The notes under the pieces were generated by a model, which worked only from the letters and a program-made list of their open reading frames with translations, was not told the DNA's origin and searched no databases. DNA of 64,000 nt from Schmidtea polychroa. Lineage: Eukaryota. Of this stretch, positions 36,883-51,441 are shown one piece after another. Where the stretch lies: assembly GCA_044892525.1 (NCBI GenBank), contig CM097887.1, positions 128,194,397 to 128,258,396 on the forward strand, read 5' to 3'. Within the stretch, counting starts at the first letter, position 1; the number at the start of each line of letters is the position of its first letter. The position numbers and the translations under genes are program-made.

Positions 36883-38109
36883 ATGAAACGAGTAAAAAGC
36901 TGCTCGACTTTGAGACTAAAAGTTCATCAGCTATTGAATGAAGAAGAGAGAGAAATTGTTAAATACGCCATAAGAATTTATCGAAAAAATCAGTCTATCG
37001 ATGCTCTATGTGATATATTATCAAAAATTATTACAGATGCTAATCGGAGTTGTTTGGTCACTTTAATAGCAGATATGCTTAAGGATGAACAAAGGTCTCA
37101 ATTTCTTAACAGGTGTTACATGAAAATGCCGGGCTATAGTGTTTCTCAGCAGCAATTATCAAGACCGGAATTATCACATTCGAATAGTGAATATAAATCA
37201 AATACATTTTCATTGCGAGTAGCAACTTTTGTGTCTAAAAATAAATCTAATCAATCAAAAAGTAACTTAAATCTTGTGAAACAAAATTCAAAATATGATG
37301 ATAATGATTCCACATTAAAAAGTGCAATGAACCGTGACAAAAAATATTCCAATGAATCGAATAATAATGATACATTCAAACGTTCTGATTCTGAAGAACT
37401 TTTAAAGACAATTGAAAAGTGCACAATAAAAGAACGCCCAAGACTTTCAAATTTGCAGGATAAAGGATTTTGGAAAATTAACAGTGACAGTCAAACTGAT
37501 AATGATTCCATTCACAGTTCATCGTCTTCGAATGATAAATCACAACCGAAAGAACTATTGAATGGTGAAAAACCATCAATATCAATTCCACAGAATAAAG
37601 AAACGCCTCGGTTTTGTTCAAATAAAAAATATTCCAATGTTGGGTTTCCAAACGGTAAAGAGGTTAAAAAGAATCATTTCAATAAGAATACTAGACAGCA
37701 TTCAAATCCAAATCCAAAGGTTATGGTTTGTAAACTTCATTTTAGTTCGGTTAATGATGTTGAAGATACTGAAGAAAGCGTCAATGAAATTCCTATGCAT
37801 TTGCGTTCATTGGCAACAGTTTTCTATAATGTAAATTCCTCCGACAATTTTTTTGTTCAATATCAACCAGAAATACCCAACTACATGTATCCTAGCAATT
37901 ATAAGGCTATTGAACAATTTAGGTGCAAATCTATAGATGAGAACATAAATATCTTAACGTCTAATAATACTCTCCGTCAAAGTGATTCCAATCCAGTTTT
38001 AACCAGCTTGCATTCTGAAGAAATTTCTCACAGAGTTTCCACAGATGAGGGATGTCAAACAAATCCTATTAAAACATGTGATACCGGTACACAAACATTT
38101 CTGGCTTAA
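36883..38109 (+). CDS. 408-aa protein with an N-terminal harmonin-N-like domain and a low-complexity tail
   Basis: KVHQLLNEEEREIVKYAIRIYRKNQSIDALCDILSKII...LVTLIADML resembles the harmonin/whirlin/delphilin N domain. Confidence 0.7.
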   Translation: MKRVKSCSTLRLKVHQLLNEEEREIVKYAIRIYRKNQSIDALCDILSKIITDANRSCLVTLIADMLKDEQRSQFLNRCYMKMPGYSVSQQQLSRPELSHSNSEYKSNTFSLRVATFVSKNKSNQSKSNLNLVKQNSKYDDNDSTLKSAMNRDKKYSNESNNNDTFKRSDSEELLKTIEKCTIKERPRLSNLQDKGFWKINSDSQTDNDSIHSSSSSNDKSQPKELLNGEKPSISIPQNKETPRFCSNKKYSNVGFPNGKEVKKNHFNKNTRQHSNPNPKVMVCKLHFSSVNDVEDTEESVNEIPMHLRSLATVFYNVNSSDNFFVQYQPEIPNYMYPSNYKAIEQFRCKSIDENINILTSNNTLRQSDSNPVLTSLHSEEISHRVSTDEGCQTNPIKTCDTGTQTFLA

Positions 38110-40378
38110 TTTAAAGTTGAAGAATTTTATGCATTTTACGTTACGCTAAATTATACATTTTTTAATATAAAATTTTAACATTATTTTATTTAAATTTTGT
38201 TAAAATAATAAAAAGTTGACAGAATTTTTGAGAACTTTCTGCTATTTATTTTGAATTAAAACAAAAAAATATTTTTAATTTTTAGTTTCATTTATTATTT
38301 AACAGAATATCACAAATCACTAAAGAATTTGAATTTCTTATTTTGGAATTTTGAATGAAAACTGTAATAAAAAATTCGCAATTGTTTTTTAATTAGAAAT
38401 GGTGCTTTTTATTGTTTCTAATTTTAATACTTTAATTATTAACTCCAGTTCTTGTTCGGTTTTTTAAATATAGAAAAGTAAAAAAAAATCAAACTGAAAA
38501 TTTTCAAGTTATTTTTAGAAAAAGGACATTTTTATTAAAAATATATTTCAGTGCACTGATTCAACTTTGTAATGTTTATTTGAATATTGTTATTTTCTCG
38601 AATACGAAAGTTTTTTTATTTTATATTTTTCTGAAACAATCCTAACACATTTCAATTATTTCTATAATATAGTTGAATAATTCAATGCTAGTAAAACCCG
38701 ACAAAAATTTATCATTTTCTTTACAGAACTGTCCACAAAGGATTTTCCCCTTTCTCTTATATCACAATTTCGCACATAATATTTACACTCTTTCCATGCA
38801 ACACTTCACATGTTTACTATTTCATTACTTATAAATATTACAGTCAGTTTTCCAAATATTTATTTAAAATTAAAGTTTTATTATCTAATTGTTTCAAAAT
38901 TCACTTTCATGGTGTTTTAAAATATTTTTCTACTGAATGAATTGACATTTTCGTTTCTTTGGGTTCAATCTTATACAATCTCTTTTGTATTTAAATCTGT
39001 TTCTTTAATTCATTCTCCAAACTTCCCAAGCATTCATAAAGGCTTGATTTTAGCTTTTGTAGTATGTTTAGAAATTTATTTTATAAGCACCTAAATTTTA
39101 ACATTATTTTTGCTTTAGGATAAACGGCCATTCAATTTATTTCAATCAAGAAATTTTGATTTTTTGATGTGAAAATATTATTATGTTGAAAAAATGCTGT
39201 TTTGTTTAAACGTTTTAATAATATTAAGAAATACAGAATAAAAATTATTAGGAAATCTTTTGTAGCCAATACTCCTCTTTTAATGGTCACAAAGTGTCAT
39301 CTTTTCATAGCTACTTTCTATCCTGACATCGTGGCATCTTTTAACGACAGACTCTACAATGACATAAAGTAACATCAAAATTCGTACCAAGTCATGATTT
39401 TAAACAGTTGCTAAAACATTTTAATTTAATGTAAATATTTCAATCATTTTATTACTGTTTTATTCATAACTCTTATGAAAAGAATTTGTGACAAAATCTT
39501 TTCGAATCGGAAAATTTCAAAAATAAAACACTTTCTAGTGAAATCTTTATCCAAATTTTGGCTCGTTTGTTTAGTTGGACTGCTTTATAGTATTTTGTGA
39601 CAGTAAAATGTTTTTGGTATAAATTTCAGTGAAGCCAGAAATAAAAACACTAATAATAGAACTTGGGAATCTTTGAAAAAGTTCCTCTATAGTAAATTTT
39701 AGAGAATGCAAAACATATGCAATTCAAGGGGCAACTTGTGCATGGTAAAGTTTCATAAAATTCATGCACAAAATGGACAGTGAAATACGTCGGGATCATT
39801 ATATATTCATTCATAGGGGAAATGCGTTAAGTTAAAATAAAAACTCCATTGGCTTACATTCTTGGAAAATCAGAAATGAAACAACATATTCATGAATATT
39901 TCGATTCTTTTTGATTTTACATTCTTTTGTTTTAGTTTTTCTATAAGGACGTAAATAACGTAAAATATTTGCATAAACTGACCAAGCTTAGAATCTCACT
40001 TTAATAACTATTTTTGTTATTTATATTTATTTGTTTTAATAATCCATAAATTTTCTTAACTAATTCAATCATGATTTTAATCTTTTTACATCAAAAAATT
40101 CATTTAACATGAAAATAATTCTCATAAATTGTGATTCATTGCGATTTCCAGTTAATCGCTTTATAAACTTGTAAATGGCATTTTCTAAAATAAATTTTAC
40201 CAGTGAACTGATCTAGACGGGCAATAATTGAAATTCAATAATTAACAGATTTGTGCCTGTTTCTGAAAATTTGAAGAAATAGAATAAATCACATTTTTTT
40301 CTAAATTGAAATGAATTTTTCATCTTTATTATATTTGTTCGAATTGGTAATATTTGTATGTGTAATACTTGTTAATTT

Positions 40379-41188
40379 TGTTGGGGTTCGTATATAATAA
40401 GCTAAAAATAAGTTGGAATGTGCAAAACATTAAACCAATAAAATGCGAAAACCTATCAAAATATAATATTTATTTAAAAATTTGAAATAAAATCAAAATG
40501 AGGTATCCCGGAGGAAATTGGTAAGTACGGATAGCAAACGTTGAGGCGAACACAGATATACTAATATGAAACCGATGGCGAGGAAATATATTCAATAAAT
40601 ACAAATTAATTAAAAATAAATGAATAATTTTTTAGGTATATGGGAAGCCCTAGCTATGTAGAAAACCCGACACATGTGGGAAACTCGAGCCTTAAAAAAG
40701 TGGATAATATAATTAGGCTTCCTTTCAAAACTATAAGGTTTAAATTACCAAAACGAGATCTGTAAACAAAAATGAGAGGGCGCATATTTAATTATTCATT
40801 TTTTCGGAATTTTGATCGATGCTAATTTAATTATGCGAATAATCCGGATGAGTAGCAATATAAAAGTAAACGACAATGTTTTTAGAAAATGCCAATAGGT
40901 CAAAGAGAAAGAAGTACTATATCATGATTAAAGAGTAAAAAGCTTAGACAATTCAAATCCTAAGAAGATAAAAATTATTTCTAAATCTGATTAAGTCGAT
41001 CTCCTTTTAGTTGACCTGCTTTCGATTTTTATTAAAGTGTACATAACTTAAAGAGTGTAATTGAGAACTTTGTATCAAAATTTGCTGATATTTAATAAAG
41101 TGTTCTGTGTTGGATTTTGTGTTGATGACTGAGACAAAGAGCACGAGGAGTCAGAATCAATACCGACTTTAACAGTAATAACACAACA
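40379..41188 (+). mobile_element. Solo LTR, diverged relative of family 1
   Basis: TGTTGGGG...CACAACA, ATTT on both flanks, CACGAGGAGTCAG..ACCGACTT motif shared with family 1. Confidence 0.85.
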
Positions 41189-43645
41189 ATTTTATCTCTC
41201 ATTCTTGGTTCTTATTTCTTCTTTATCATTAATTTATTTTTTCTCAGATTTTACAAATATATTATTTGTACGTGTTTCTTTTTTGGGTTTTATTTATAAA
41301 TCTGGTCGGATTTCATTTATGCCGAATCCACGCGTCCCTCTAATCTACTAATTCGAACCGATGCGCGACAATTCAAACTTCAGTCCTAACCAAGGAACAA
41401 AATTTATGCCCGTTAAAATAAGAATGTGTACATTGAGAAACCAATAAGTTTTCTATAATGAAATAATAAATTCATGATTTTGTAACAATAGTTTTATTAA
41501 ATACAGTTATTATAAATTAATTTTCTTTATTAAAAATTATAATAAATTATAGGAAAATATATTATGAATTGTCAAAATTTGAAAATTCCAGAAATATTTA
41601 TTAAAATAATTATCATTTTTTCTGCACACAGGAGCACTTTCGACAAGTCCTCGTACCGGACCTGAATTCAAACCCAACAAATAACAATATTTATTTCGCT
41701 TAAACGCAATCACACAACCAATTAATACTGATAATTATTGTATAAAGGTAAGTTTAGCTAAAGTTAGCTTCCCGGCGATGCTTTGCAAAAGTAACAACTA
41801 ATTTCTGTATTGATTCTCAATTTCTTTAATCTTCAATTAGTTGTTCCTGAATTTCAATAAAATCCTATTATCCTTAATTTAACGGTCGCTACTGTGTTAA
41901 TCAGTTTGATAATTAATTCTTACTTTTGTAAAATCTGTACCCGAGTACTCCTTATCAAATTTCCATTATTATATTCATCCTTAACTTTTCATTTGCTACC
42001 CGTTTATATCTTTTCCCTTCCAGAAATATTGATTTTCAATTTTCTTTAATTTTTAATTAGTTTCTTAATTTAAATATTAAAGTTTTGCGTGTTTTTTATT
42101 TGAATTTAATTTTTAGACAACACCAACAAAAGCATGCTACATCATTGATGTATTGTCAAAAATTAAATGAAGATAAATGAAATTGTGAATAAAATAGATG
42201 AAGATAAATGATATTACTATTAATATTTAAAGTTAATATTTTTAACATTTATTTTTAACAAATTATTTATTATAAATAACTTTTACTAATAAATGCAGCA
42301 TAGTCTATTTGCTTGTAACACTCTTATTAAGAGGAGCTGATCTATAAACCTTGTAGGACTTACCAAAGGCTGTGTCATAAATCACAAATCCTCTTGGATG
42401 TTTGACGTTTGGTTATCAAGTCACATTTTATGAATAAATAGGAATAATTAATAGTATTTTTCATTAAAATAAATATAGTATATGGGATTTACTGAAACTA
42501 TTTAAAATACTGAAAACATTTCAAGTGAGTTCTAAAATATGTTCGGAACTAGAATTTATCTAACAATTATCTACATGTAATTTCATTGTATTACTCTTTT
42601 GCATGGTTTACTTGATTTATAATATCGGATCATATTTCTGATCTATATTAAATTTCGGTAAGACATTCATTGTATAAATAAATATAAATTCATAAAGTCA
42701 CACATAAATGTTTTTGTTATAAATATTGACTTTAAATAAATAAATATTTTATAAATATTTGTTTTAAATATTGACATAACTATTATAAATATTTGTTTAT
42801 ATCCGTTAAGTTTCATAAATTAAATTATCGTGAATTTAGTATATAAATGCATATTTATTCATTTTAAAGATAAATTTTATTTACTAAATTGAGGTACCAA
42901 ATATCATAATACATAGCGCAGTACGACTAACTATATTTTTTAGACTACCGCAATAAATATCTTGAATTGAAATAATCACTGTTATTTTTTAAATAAGTTC
43001 TAATATTAAATGCGATATTTTACTATTAAATGAATCACCACTTCATCAGAAATAAGATGTTTTTGCATATTATTTTTTGTGTATATTCTGTTGATTTTGT
43101 CTATAAATTTAGGAAAATACAGACGACTGAATGGACCAGTCCACTTTAATACCGAATTTCTTGATTTTGTTTTGATAGTTCCTTCAGTCAGTTTACACTT
43201 AGCATTGTACAAATTAATCTTCCTTGCTATTTTTAAACAAAAGTAAAAGTTTATTTTCGTAATAGTTAAATACTGTCTTAATTAATATATTATTTGCAAT
43301 TTTTATTAAAACTTTGATATTGATATTATCTTTAATTTGTTTTATTAAAAAGATATGTTTTTATAGGAAGATTCCTCAATAAGAGCGTGCATAAAAAGTT
43401 GCGTCACAAAAGGTGTCAGATAATAAAAGCGCAATTTATAAGAATGGCGATATATAAGAGCGTTCGTTAAAAAGGGCGTTAATTAAAGTGCAAAGCTGAA
43501 TTTGAAGTAAATAACAATATCAACATATAAATATAAATTTGACTTTGAAGGATTGAATAAAATTAATACGACAATAAAAAATACAGGTACACTGAAATGT
43601 ATATAAGTTATCTAATAATTATAAATTCTTATTATTATCAAAACG

Positions 43646-44230
43646 ATGGCTCTTGAATTTGTTAAAAGTGAAAAAGGAAAAGATTTTCTTGTAGTGGAGG
43701 GCTCTACATTTCGTAGTAAGAGAATTTCAAAAGGAAAAACATTTTGAAAATGCACAGAATATCGGAAATAGAAGTGCATGGCTCAATGTTATGCATAAGA
43801 TGGTCAAATTATAAGAAAACTTGGGACACACAACCATGTTCCTGACACTGCCAAAGTCGAAGCACGGATAACTCTTGAGAAAATAAATATTCGCGTTGTT
43901 GGTACACTGGAAGCAACTCATCAAAGTGTGGCAAATTCATCTGCAAATGTGAATGGCACAGTTGCTGGTCAATTACGACCAGTCAGGAACATCAAGAACA
44001 CGATTAGAAGATTTCGTCATCTAGCTCAAGCTCCTCTATCAATACCGACAAATCTTTTGGATCTTCCTATCGATGGTGGGTTCTTGATGACCTTATGTGG
44101 GGAGAACTTCTTATTACACGACACTGGTCCCTGCGAACATCGAACTATAATATTTTCTACACTCCATGCTGTTAAATATCATTATCTAATCTCAACGGTA
44201 TTTGTGCTGATGAGCGAACGATGGTTTTTA
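43646..44230 (+). pseudogene. FLYWCH/MULE transposase remnant
   Basis: SEKGKDFLVVEG...F*KC...KC...HNH followed by GENFLLHDTG..RTIIFST; several stops. Confidence 0.8.
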
Positions 44231-44727
44231 TTTTTTTGCACGTTAAATTTCCCTGTATATCCGAATTTCTTTAGCTCCACTCTAGACCAACCCCAACACA
44301 GTTAAGAGGCATTTTTTATTTTGGATGTAATATTCTCTTTTGAAATTATCAAAATTATTGAAAAGTTATTAATTTATTACATGAAGTTAAATTAATCAAA
44401 TTATTTTGAGCCACTAAATTACTTTACAAAATCAGTGAATAAAGATTAATAATTATCAAGCAAATTTGGAATATATGTCGAAGTTGAATTTCAACAATGA
44501 ACCAGATGTTATAAGAAATTCTGGAATGAATGTTGCTCGTTTGAATTTGTGATATGGAACTTTTGAATATCATAAAGAAGCAATAGATTTATTGAGAGAA
44601 CCGTATTTTAGGCCAATTACTATAGCCTTTGACCCAAAAGACCCAGAAATTATATTTGGTCTTTTAAATGGTAGTGCAACTGGCGAAGTTCTTTGTGCAA
44701 ATGATCTACAATTAAAATAGTAGTAGG

Positions 44728-45457
44728 TGTTGTGTTTTTAATTAGATAAGTGGGAACGTCGGTGTTTCTGAGTCCACGTGTTCTGTAAAAACAATTAGCT
44801 AAACAACACAAGGTATATTTGTTATCAAATTCTTATAAACTATAATTTAAAAAACTCCGAATATCGCAATAAAATGCCTATTCTGACTTCGATAAGTTTC
44901 ACTGTAACTGCTCTGCTTCTGCACGTTCTGCAACAATAATCGGCTTTTATATTTTTATGACTTAACTTGATTCTTTAATTTCCCTTTCCACTAATTCTAT
45001 CTTTTATCTTTAATTTTTTCTTTTTTAACTCTACCGTGGATTTCTTCTTCCCTACCTAATGCAAAATGCCTATTGTTTCTGAATTAGAGCTCCATTATAT
45101 AATTGAAATAATCGCCTTGATTAATGGTATTTCAACTAGATCGTCTACTTTCGACAAGCTTTGCCTCGCGACCTTTTTCATATTTTCTCCTTCGAAAGAA
45201 ATAATTAATTGTCCCACCGTCTTTCTTGATTAGTTAATTAATTAATTAACTATTTTCTGTTTTTGTACGTTTTCTTGCATTTCGACCTTTTCTGAATATA
45301 TTTTGATGAATCTGTTATCGTCATGATATTTACAATCATCTTATTTGCAATTGACCCGTTTTTCAAATTTTATTTCGATAATTTGATGATCTCTTGATTT
45401 TGAATTTTCCAATATTCCATTTTTAATTAGATCATTTTATATTTAACAACCCCAACA
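44728..45457 (-). mobile_element. Diverged LTR related to family 1
   Basis: TGTTGTG...CCCCAACA; shares GCAAAATGCCTAT and the TTAATTAATTAA-TATTTTCTGTTTT core; no TSD. Confidence 0.6.
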
Positions 45458-46080
45458 AAGATAATAAATATTCAGAACGACGCATTAGTAGTCAATTATA
45501 AGTAGATTTTTATAATGAAATTAACATAACCACAAGTTCTCCAATATATGTCGCAACTATATAGCTTATTTTAAACAAGAAACAAGATGTGACTTATATA
45601 CAGTGTCTAAGAACTTTAAAAAAATGATTTTTGTAATAATAATGTAATCTTTTAAAATGTATGTATGAATAAACTATTTATAATTAAAAAGGCAAATTTT
45701 TTCTTGACATTTTGTCACTAGTTAATAGATAAACACCTTAAATTTGATACATATTGAAAACTAATGGTTCTTTCTGCTAATTGAAATCGTAAAGAATTAA
45801 TTACCATATTTTTTCTGTAAGCACATGCACTTTCATTCTTTAGAATGATATCTATTCTAATTACCTAGGTATGTACCTAAATACCTTTGTACCTAATCAT
45901 CACTTTAGCTACAAAATTATTTTATTCGCAAAAGCAAACTGGGGGCGATATATACACGGTTAGGAGTTATACTCGAGAATTTACAGTATTAAAAGGAATT
46001 TTCTCTATATATAATCATTATTGAAAAAATCTGAAAATATTATTTTTAATTACATTTTTATGAAGCGATATTAATTAAAA

Positions 46081-46153
<73 letters not shown>
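46081..46153. repeat. (ATT)n microsatellite
   Basis: Direct inspection. Confidence 0.98.
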
Positions 46154-47557
46154 TAAAACAATAAAATGATAATTTAAGCCTTTTGCTGCAAATAATGTAT
46201 TTAATGAAAGAATTTTCGACTATACGATAGTCCTTGTCAATCTCCTGGAATTTAGCAATGTTCTTCCCCAAAATACCTTTCAATCTTTCTTTGATTTCCT
46301 TTCTCTTAATTCTCATTGGTTGTAAATATAATGAATTGTTTTACTAAAAACTTTTAAAATTTTTTACATTTAAAATTTCAAAATGACACAAACTAAAAAT
46401 TTTTAAATTTTTAAAATTTATATATTGAATAAAATGAAATTATTTTCGATTATAAAACCAATTCTTATCAATTCTTTAGAATTTAGCTGATTCAATTTTC
46501 ATATGCTTTTTGAACTTCTTTATTTTTATTTTCTCTTTTATCATTGGTTAAAATAAATAAAATAAAATAAATAAAAATAAAATTTTTTTAAAGAATTTAA
46601 ATTCTAAATTAAATTTACTGTAAAACCCAAAATAAAAGAATAAAAAATTTTATTATTAAAAAATATTGCTACTAATATTATTATTGTCAAATTAACAATT
46701 TAAAATTCACTTTAATATATACTTTATTTCTTACTTTTAGCAAAATGAAAAACTATTATAAAATGTTAACAATAGTTTTCTCAAAAAACTGTTTTTTTTA
46801 ATAATTCATTGGTTATACAGCTAATGATATTGTTTACATAATTTTTGTTAGAAATTGTTGATACCATCAATAGTAACATCTTTAAATCATTCATTACATA
46901 CACCGGAATGACATTTGAAGATCACCAAATATTTATCCAAATCATTTATTTATCATCAATAATGGCTGATTAGAGGAAAAAAGAAAATGAATAAATTATA
47001 TTAATATCCATTTATAAACAGAGAGAAAATTTAGGCTGTCATAGACTCAATATTTCTCTCTTTCTCTCTGTCTCCATATTTTCCCATTTCTTTTTAAAGA
47101 AAATATGTGATTTAGTTTTCGGTAATATATAGATATGAAACTTATGAATGATAAATTAGAGTTTGTTAATTAATATTTAATAAAATTTACTGAGATGTAC
47201 ATTATTTACTGCCAAAACTGATTATATTCAAATCAAATAGAGTTTCGGTGTCGAAAAAATGCATATTTTGATAAGATCCAATGACGTTTCCAACATCTTA
47301 GTCACTGAAGAATCATAAGTAAAATTGCAAAATTTCAGTTTATAACGTTGTTGGTGTCATCCAAACGTAAATTTAAGATTTATTAAAACACCAGTAAATA
47401 ATAATCAACAAATTATAAAATATTTATAAAGGATCATTTAAATACAATTTACTATATATTTTTGTAATTCCTTTATTTTTTCAGTCATGAAGGACACCTT
47501 AGTTGCATATGTATTCAAATCAACGAAAATTGACGGCACTTTGATAAAAATTAATAT

Positions 47558-47914
47558 TGTTGGGGTTATACACGTAAACAAACAAAATTTTATCTTAGAG
47601 TCAATTTAGAAATTGGAAAATGTAAATTAGTATTTTTCAAAGGAGCAAATTGATACAGGTTATTAAAACTGAGTTCGACTAAATGAAATATGTCAGATTA
47701 GATCAAGAAAGAAATTCGTAAGGAGGTGCAAGAGCTGAGAATTTTCAAGAATTTAGATTTTGTGAAATATGTTATAAATCATCTACTTCAACGATTAACA
47801 GTGGTCTACCATCATTTATTGCATTCCTTTATTGTCAAAATTGAATTATTAACGAAATAACTTATAGAATCAAATTAGAATGGAAATCCTTCCGAAATCT
47901 TTATAAACCCAACA
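47558..47914. mobile_element. Short solo LTR
   Basis: TGTTGGGG...ACCCAACA with ATAT on both flanks. Confidence 0.8.
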
Positions 47915-48436
47915 ATATTTACTATAGTAATTGTGCTGTTTAAATTACTATTATATAATCAAATATTTGAAATTTTGTCGCGCATTTATGAATTTAAGCT
48001 AAGCAAATTTGAGAGCTTTCAAATAAACAAGCGGAATGAAAAGCATTTTGAGAGGTAATTGTGAAAAATTGATAAAATCCATTAAGAGTTGATAAATTAC
48101 ATAATATCGAATTAAAAGATTTATTTATTTATTTTTTATTGTTCATATTTTTGTAATTATTTGTAAGACAAAATTTACTAACTCAGCCAATAAATACTTC
48201 AATATTATCAAAAGAAAGTGAAATTTTATTATTAAAATTACTGCAAAAAATTCATTTATTAAAATTTAGACGAGAACATTTGTTCCTAATTAATGTGTCC
48301 GCAACTGGATTTGTATAAATGAAAAATAGTTATAAAAAAGCCATGTCAAATTAAAACAAAATCAACATTATCTATTTTTGTAACTTAACAAATGAAAAAC
48401 AATTCCAAAATGAGTAAAATAAATTATATATTGAAA

Positions 48437-48812
48437 TCAATCAAGATAATGAGGTCCAAATGGATTTAAATTATCTAAATATTTCTCCTCTGAGGATATG
48501 AAATCACCAAAAGGATTTGAACCATTGCCATTACTTTCAGTGGTTTCCAGATATTCTTCAAACGGATTTTTATTTCTGTAGGAATCACTTTTATTCGATC
48601 CTGTTTCAATCGATAAATCCTTTGCAATCGGAACAGAAAGTTTGGTTGTTTCTTTGGGAGTTTCAGAAACAAAAATTTGAGATGAAATCTTCTTAATTCC
48701 GGGAAAAGGCTTTTCAGGAGATGAAGTCGGAAATTTATCGGTTGCACTAACTCTTGGTATCATATTCAATTGGGATTCATAGTTTTTGGTAATCGAAGTC
48801 GCGACTGAATTT
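48437..48812 (-). CDS. Terminal exon of a protein with three NPF (EH-domain-binding) motifs
   Basis: TTTCAG acceptor at ~48813; NPFEE, NPFGD, NLNPFG before the stop. Upstream exons not identified (gap at 48945). Confidence 0.6.
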
Positions 48813-48944
48813 CTGAAAGAACAAAGAATAAAATGCGAATTTTAAATATTCAAAATCTAAAATTTTCAGTATTATTCAGAAATAATATGTGACTAAGAAA
48901 AATATAGCATACAAAATTTAAAAAAGCAAATTAACTAAAAAGTT

Positions 48945-49127
48945 NNNNNNNNNNNNNNNNNNNNNNNNNNNNNNNNNNNNNNNNNNNNNNNNNNNNNNNN
49001 NNNNNNNNNNNNNNNNNNNNNNNNNNNNNNNNNNNNNNNNNNNNNNNNNNNNNNNNNNNNNNNNNNNNNNNNNNNNNNNNNNNNNNNNNNNNNNNNNNNN
49101 NNNNNNNNNNNNNNNNNNNNNNNNNNN
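48945..49127. other. Assembly gap
   Basis: N run. Confidence 1.
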
Positions 49128-49204
49128 AAAAATATATAAACACAAATTTTGTTTTATTATAAAACACATACAGAATAAGAAATATGAACTGCTACTGACT
49201 AAAT

Positions 49205-50424
49205 CAGTGGTTCTCAACTCGTGTTCCGCGATTACGCTTCCAGTGTTCCCCAATTACGCTTCCAGTGTTCCGCGGAAAAAATGACATTTTATCTTTAAAT
49301 TTGCATTTAAGATACATATTGTAATGTACAGTCATACATTTTATTTATTTTTAAACAAGGTTTCGCGACACGTTGTTATTTTATTGAGGGTAGGCCGTAA
49401 TGGCAAAGGAATAAAAAATACTATATAGCGATAATTTACTATGGTAAATTATCGCTATACAAAAATTGACAATTCGAACAAAAATCAATAACAAAAGAAT
49501 ACAAAGTTAAAATTTTAAGCTAACGAAAAGGAATACAATCCGATAAGACAATTAGACCAAAGTTTATAATTACAAAAGAATAAAAAGATATACAATCCGA
49601 AGAAGCATTTAGATTAAAACTTCCAATTTGAAAACAATCAAAAAGGAATACAACTCGAAAAAAAGCTATAGAAAAAGAAACATAAAGAAATAAAATTGGC
49701 CAAATCAATTCTCTTAGAAGATTAGTCGCAGAACTTTCTAATCTCAGGATCCTTTATAGAATCATATAGCAAATTTTCCCTGGCGATCGTCTTACTAGTA
49801 TCAGTAGCTTACCTATTATAAATAACATTCCTAATCAACGTACTCTGTCGATTTACGAAAATCTCTTCGTATTAAGCTACACATAAGTGCGTATTATTTT
49901 ATTTATTTTATTAATAAAATTTGTTATTGATTGGTAACAGTTATTGTTGATTTATTATTCATTTTTATTTAGGTTTCGTAAGCACGCAGATACACACGCA
50001 CCCCGATTGTCCCGCCACAATTTTTAACGGAGACTCTGTTGGGTTCATCAAATTTCTTACAGCATTCACACACTCATCAATACAAATATAATACACAAAA
50101 ATAAATATAACACAAATATAATACACAAATATATTACATAATAACGCATCCTACTATAATACATATCATCAAAAACCTCAATTAATTTTTTTATAAGATC
50201 ATTCAACAAGAAAACCGTTACACAGATATATAAACATACAAATATAAAAGTGTTTTTATTGCTTTGTATTTTTGCTCGTGGTATTTTCTCTGTTTACGTT
50301 TACGACAGATTTATAGTGATTTGTGATTGGTCACTCATTTTGGGCAAGTATTTTTTGTCAGTGTTCCGCGTAAAAAAATCATGTGAATGGTGTTCCGCGT
50401 TTTTATATTAATTGAGAACCACTG
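49205..50424. mobile_element. Non-autonomous hAT (Charlie/Buster-type)
   Basis: TIR CAGTGGTTCTCAA/TTGAGAACCACTG, 8-bp TSD GACTAAAT/GCCTAAAT with central TA. Confidence 0.9.
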
Positions 50425-51105
50425 GCCTAAATACATAGATGAATATTAGAATAAGTCAAAAATCCGGTCTTCGACTGTTGGTCAATATTTTTTCGTACGT
50501 AAATATACGGTTCTCGGCGTGAAAGATTAAAAGATAATCAAGAATGAGTAAAGTAAATTCGAAGCAATCTTATTTAAAATAGTTGCAATAAATTTAAATT
50601 AAAAATGTGTTATATAGTATCAAATATCTATTTAAATAATATATAGAAATTAAATAAATGTTTTGTAAATATCAAACATTGCAAAAACTTTGCGAACAAG
50701 GTTATACCAAACTATTATTGAAAATAGTGATCGATTAATTCAAGAAGCAAAATGTCGTGAAAATATTTTATTGAAAAACGCCATCACTGACAAAATCTTA
50801 TCCTCAATCTGCCATTTTAATTGAGACGCCAGAAAATATAAATATAATTCATCAATTTAGAACTTTTACTATTCTAATGGAGAGGGAAATATGATATGGT
50901 TCAACAAAATTTGCAATTAAAAATTAAATAATGAAAACTGATTTTAAATCAATAAAATTTTCAATGCAAGAATTTCATAACTAAATTTGTTCCAACAGTT
51001 ATCATTAATTTTATTAATTAAAATAGATTATTACAAATATTGGAGTCAACATTGTCAAACTAAATTGATAAATTTTAATAACTTTCTAAACAGAAATAAT
51101 ATATG

Positions 51106-51261
51106 NNNNNNNNNNNNNNNNNNNNNNNNNNNNNNNNNNNNNNNNNNNNNNNNNNNNNNNNNNNNNNNNNNNNNNNNNNNNNNNNNNNNNNNNNNNNNNN
51201 NNNNNNNNNNNNNNNNNNNNNNNNNNNNNNNNNNNNNNNNNNNNNNNNNNNNNNNNNNNNN
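51106..51261. other. Assembly gap
   Basis: N run. Confidence 1.
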
Positions 51262-51291
51262 ATACCCAGTGCAAATCCCAATAGTAGACTA
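51262..51291 (-). repeat. Third fragment of the hammerhead-bearing repeat
   Basis: Identical to 34878-34907; next to a gap. Confidence 0.85.
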
Positions 51292-51441
51292 AGAACTGAC
51301 CATAAAGCGAAAACCTTAATGATTAAAACATAAAAAACCATTATTGATCATTATTAAGTAATCTAAAGCAATGGAAATTGTCACTACTAAAAGAACAAAA
51401 TTAAAATTTCAAATGATATTGAACTAATTGAATTTGTTTTT

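Noticed and set aside
43006-43230. Possible host exon on minus
   Set aside because: Open frame with an acceptor-like site but no recognisable motif.
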